A DNA stretch of 20,000 nt from an uncultured virus (IMG/VR IMGVR_UViG_3300008259_003761) (lineage: Duplodnaviria > Heunggongvirae > Uroviricota > Caudoviricetes). Positions 17,477 to 20,000 of this stretch are shown here, piece after piece. Within the stretch, counting starts at the first letter, position 1; each line of letters starts with the position of its first letter. The notes beneath the pieces are model-generated. The model made no database searches. It saw only the letters and a program-made list of their open reading frames with translations, and was not told where the DNA came from. Where the stretch lies: the IMG/VR virus record IMGVR_UViG_3300008259_003761. One strand, written 5' to 3'. A program made the translations under genes and the position numbers.

Positions 17477-17839
17477 ATGGCAGAATTAGATAAAGTTCCA
17501 ACCAAAGCTCAAATCGAAATCGAAACTGTAAAGTTAGAGGAAGAAACACTTTCACAAATTTCAAATTTAAACGCAGATGTTAATAAATGCGTTTCAACAT
17601 TTGGTGAAATCTATGTTAGAAGAAAAGAGTTAACCGAAGAGTCTATGAGACTTGATGAGTTAGTAAGGGAAACTGAAGAATTGTTCAAATCAAAAAATGC
17701 AGAACTTAGAGAAGTTTTAGATGGTGTTGATGAAAAATACCCACAAGGTAGAATCAATATGCAGGATGGTACTGTTCAGTATCAACCAGGAGCTCCTACT
17801 AGAAAGCAATTGAGAGAACAACAGGCACCAAAACAATAA
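17477..17839 (+). CDS. Small coiled-coil hypothetical protein (paralog of 12652..12930)
   Basis: 120-aa ORF containing YPQGRINMQDGTV; A-rich leader without SD. Confidence 0.85.
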   Translation: MAELDKVPTKAQIEIETVKLEEETLSQISNLNADVNKCVSTFGEIYVRRKELTEESMRLDELVRETEELFKSKNAELREVLDGVDEKYPQGRINMQDGTVQYQPGAPTRKQLREQQAPKQ

Positions 17840-17845
17840 ACTTAA

Positions 17846-17879
17846 ATATTTATATAGTATAAAGGAAATTACTATATAA
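17846..17879 (+). promoter_or_regulatory. ATATTTATA motif overlapped by a perfect 10-bp inverted repeat reaching the start codon
   Basis: ATATTTATA at 17846-17854. TTATATAGTA (17850-17859) pairs with TACTATATAA (17870-17879) around the loop TAAAGGAAAT. Confidence 0.55.
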
Positions 17880-20000
17880 TGAATGAGTTAACAAATTTCT
17901 TAATTGAATCAATTTTATCGGAAGCGGACAGTGTAAACAAAGTTATTGTTGTTTACTCTGGCCGCTTTCAACCGTTTCACAAAGGTCATTATGCAACATA
18001 TGACCATTTAGTTAAAAAGTTCGGCAAAGATAATGTTTATGTTGGGACCTCCAACAAAACCGATAATCAGAAATCTCCATTTGATTTTAAGGAAAAAAAA
18101 GCAATAATGACCAAAATGTTTGGTATCCCATCAAACAAAATAGTAATGGTCAAAAATCCTTATGCTCCATCTGAAATCTTAAACAAATATGATGAAGATA
18201 CAACTGGATTTATTACAGTTGTTGGTGAAAAGGATGAAGCTAGATTGGGTGGTAAGTATTTTGAACCATATAAAGGAAAGGTTGAGATTGGATTTAAAGA
18301 TAAGGGATACGTTTATATATCCCCAGCACAACCAAATGCTATTAGTGGTACTGATGTTCGTAATTGGTTAAGTAAAGGTACTGATGACGAGAAGAGAAAG
18401 AATTTCCTAAAAGCATATCCAAAATTTGATGAAACAATATACAAATTTGTAACATTAAAATTGAAAAAAATAAATGAGAATATGCCAGGTGGAGCTGGTG
18501 TTGGTGTAAGTTTACCCGGTGGATATATTAATGGAGCACCAAATCCAAAAGATGTTAAAAAATTAAAAAAGAAGTTGGATAAGGATGGTAGTGAATATTA
18601 TGAACCATATGCTTTGGGTGGTGGTATAAGTGAATACGCATCTATGGGTATGAGCCACATACAACATCCTATTGATAGAGAACCATTAAGACCGGAAGAG
18701 GAAATGGATTTAGATAATACCATAACTGAAATTCCAATGGCAGATTTGGTAAAGATTGATTCTTATGCAGATAAACAATTGAATCCAATAGATGTGGTTC
18801 TTACTGATAAACACTTTTTCGATAGATTGCAAGACCCAAGAAATAATAAAGAAATTTCAGCAGCAGAATTAACTGGTTTCTTTAAAAGGTTAGCAAAAAA
18901 TAAAAAGAAGTTTTTTGAATTCCTAAATCAATATGGACAAGTAGTAGCTAAAGATAATAGAAGTAAAATCAATATTCCATTTATGAAACAGGCGAATAAA
19001 ATAATCGCTAAAACCATAATGAGGAAAGATGGATTTCAAACCACATCTCCGCAATATCAATTTGAAGATATTACTGAAGCAAATGCTGTAAGTGGTGGTA
19101 AAGTAAATAAATTTATAACTGGTAAGAATCTTACATTAAAAGGTAAAAAATACAGTGATATTCATTTCGAATTAGTTAGTATCGATAATAACAAGCAAAT
19201 TGTTAAATTAAGGGTATTGGCACCAAAAGAAATATTTGGACAAGAAATAAACATCGATTTCAGAACATTAAGAAGAGGACCATTTTTGAAAACAAATACA
19301 AATGTATTTGAAAATATAACACTTCCTGTAAAAGTTGGTGATACCATCCTTATGGGTAAATTCAAAAACAAAAAAGTAGTTGTTAAATCGATTGGTAAAG
19401 ATGAACATGGTATGCCAACTATTAATGGTAAAAAAGCAACTACATTTAGAATCATAAAAGAAAACATAGAAGAATCAAAACTTCTTACTGAAGGTGGGGC
19501 TTATGGTCATATGAACCATCCATTTGATATTGAGATGAATCTTACATTTGGTGACCTTAAAAATATTGTAACCAAAGCTCTTAATGGTGATTTAGAATTG
19601 GCAAGAGAGAAAACTGATGGACAGGCATTGGCAATTAGTTGGGTAAATGGTAGATTAGTTGCGGCAAGAAATAAATCACATCTTAAAAGTAAAGGTAAAG
19701 ATGCTATGGATATAAACGCTGTAGCAGCTAAATTTGGTGGTAGAGGTGGATTGACAGATGCGTATAACTTCGCTATGAAAGACCTTTCAACTGCAATAGG
19801 AGCATTATCTCAAGCTCAAAGAGATAAGATATTCAAAGGTGGTAGTTGCTTTATGAACTTAGAAGTAATATACCCAACATCGGTAAACGTAATCCCTTAC
19901 GGACAACCATTATTAGTATTCCACGGAACATTTGAATACGATGAAGCTGGAAATATAATTGGAGAAAACCAACAAGCAGCTAAAATATTAGCTGGAATGA
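17879..20000 (+). CDS. Large multidomain protein (>707 aa, 3'-truncated): HxGH nucleotidyltransferase + several small modules + KxDG ligase-like nucleotidyltransferase domain
   Basis: Hand translation is open from ATG 17879 to the window end: MNELTNFLIESILSEADSVNKVIVVYSGRFQPFHKGH...ISGTDVR...KHFFDRLQDPRN...AKTIMRK...LLTEGGAYGHMNHPFD...EKTDGQ...AARNK...NLEVIY...LVFHG. Probably absent from the track because it has no stop in the window. Confidence 0.88.
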   Translation, partial: MNELTNFLIESILSEADSVNKVIVVYSGRFQPFHKGHYATYDHLVKKFGKDNVYVGTSNKTDNQKSPFDFKEKKAIMTKMFGIPSNKIVMVKNPYAPSEILNKYDEDTTGFITVVGEKDEARLGGKYFEPYKGKVEIGFKDKGYVYISPAQPNAISGTDVRNWLSKGTDDEKRKNFLKAYPKFDETIYKFVTLKLKKINENMPGGAGVGVSLPGGYINGAPNPKDVKKLKKKLDKDGSEYYEPYALGGGISEYASMGMSHIQHPIDREPLRPEEEMDLDNTITEIPMADLVKIDSYADKQLNPIDVVLTDKHFFDRLQDPRNNKEISAAELTGFFKRLAKNKKKFFEFLNQYGQVVAKDNRSKINIPFMKQANKIIAKTIMRKDGFQTTSPQYQFEDITEANAVSGGKVNKFITGKNLTLKGKKYSDIHFELVSIDNNKQIVKLRVLAPKEIFGQEINIDFRTLRRGPFLKTNTNVFENITLPVKVGDTILMGKFKNKKVVVKSIGKDEHGMPTINGKKATTFRIIKENIEESKLLTEGGAYGHMNHPFDIEMNLTFGDLKNIVTKALNGDLELAREKTDGQALAISWVNGRLVAARNKSHLKSKGKDAMDINAVAAKFGGRGGLTDAYNFAMKDLSTAIGALSQAQRDKIFKGGSCFMNLEVIYPTSVNVIPYGQPLLVFHGTFEYDEAGNIIGENQQAAKILAGM

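Noticed and set aside
18093..18100. A8 homopolymer as a phase-variation or frameshift site
   Set aside because: It is in frame (Glu-Lys-Lys) and unremarkable in an AT-rich genome.
8778..19467. Shadow ORFs 8778-8981, 10441-10734, 10788-10994, 15285-15491, 17376-17564, 18189-18371 and 19162-19467
   Set aside because: They overlap longer motif-bearing genes. The last two lie inside the 17879-to-end ORF that the track omitted.
1..20000. Origin from a eukaryotic giant virus or a bacterial LPS locus
   Set aside because: The DnaG-type phage primase, S74-chaperoned fibre, bacterial promoters and overlapping operonic genes indicate a bacteriophage. No LPS core or housekeeping context is present.

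Overview
AT-rich fragment of a large tailed-phage genome with T4-like replication genes. The host is probably Bacteroidota: two TTTG-N20-TATATTTG promoters are present and several leaders are A/T-rich without a Shine-Dalgarno. Gene order: end of a small ORF; CHC2/Toprim primase; single-chain Mre11-Rad50 (gp47-gp46/SbcD-SbcC) fusion; a 56-aa minus-strand ribbon-helix-helix gene missed by the ORF track; a 2678-aa tail fibre/baseplate-like protein; a glycosylation cassette; and a >707-aa ORF (17879 to window end) also missing from the track. The fibre protein has repeated beta-modules, a short collagen-like run, a non-canonical Hint domain and a C-terminal Peptidase_S74 chaperone. The cassette (GT4-methyltransferase-GT25 fusion, Aah/TibC-type protein O-heptosyltransferase, split HldE nucleotidyltransferase and kinase) is bracketed by two paralogous coiled-coil genes. 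The last ORF looks like a protease-processed polyprotein with an HxGH nucleotidyltransferase, a possible RNase-like module and a KxDG ligase-like domain. The best candidate for a novel system is phage-encoded heptosylation of virion proteins, with a recurrent [S/T]-[G/A/S]-S motif in the adjacent structural protein as a candidate sequon. A manual scan found no GATC in the window. All calls come from reading motifs by eye; no database searches were run.
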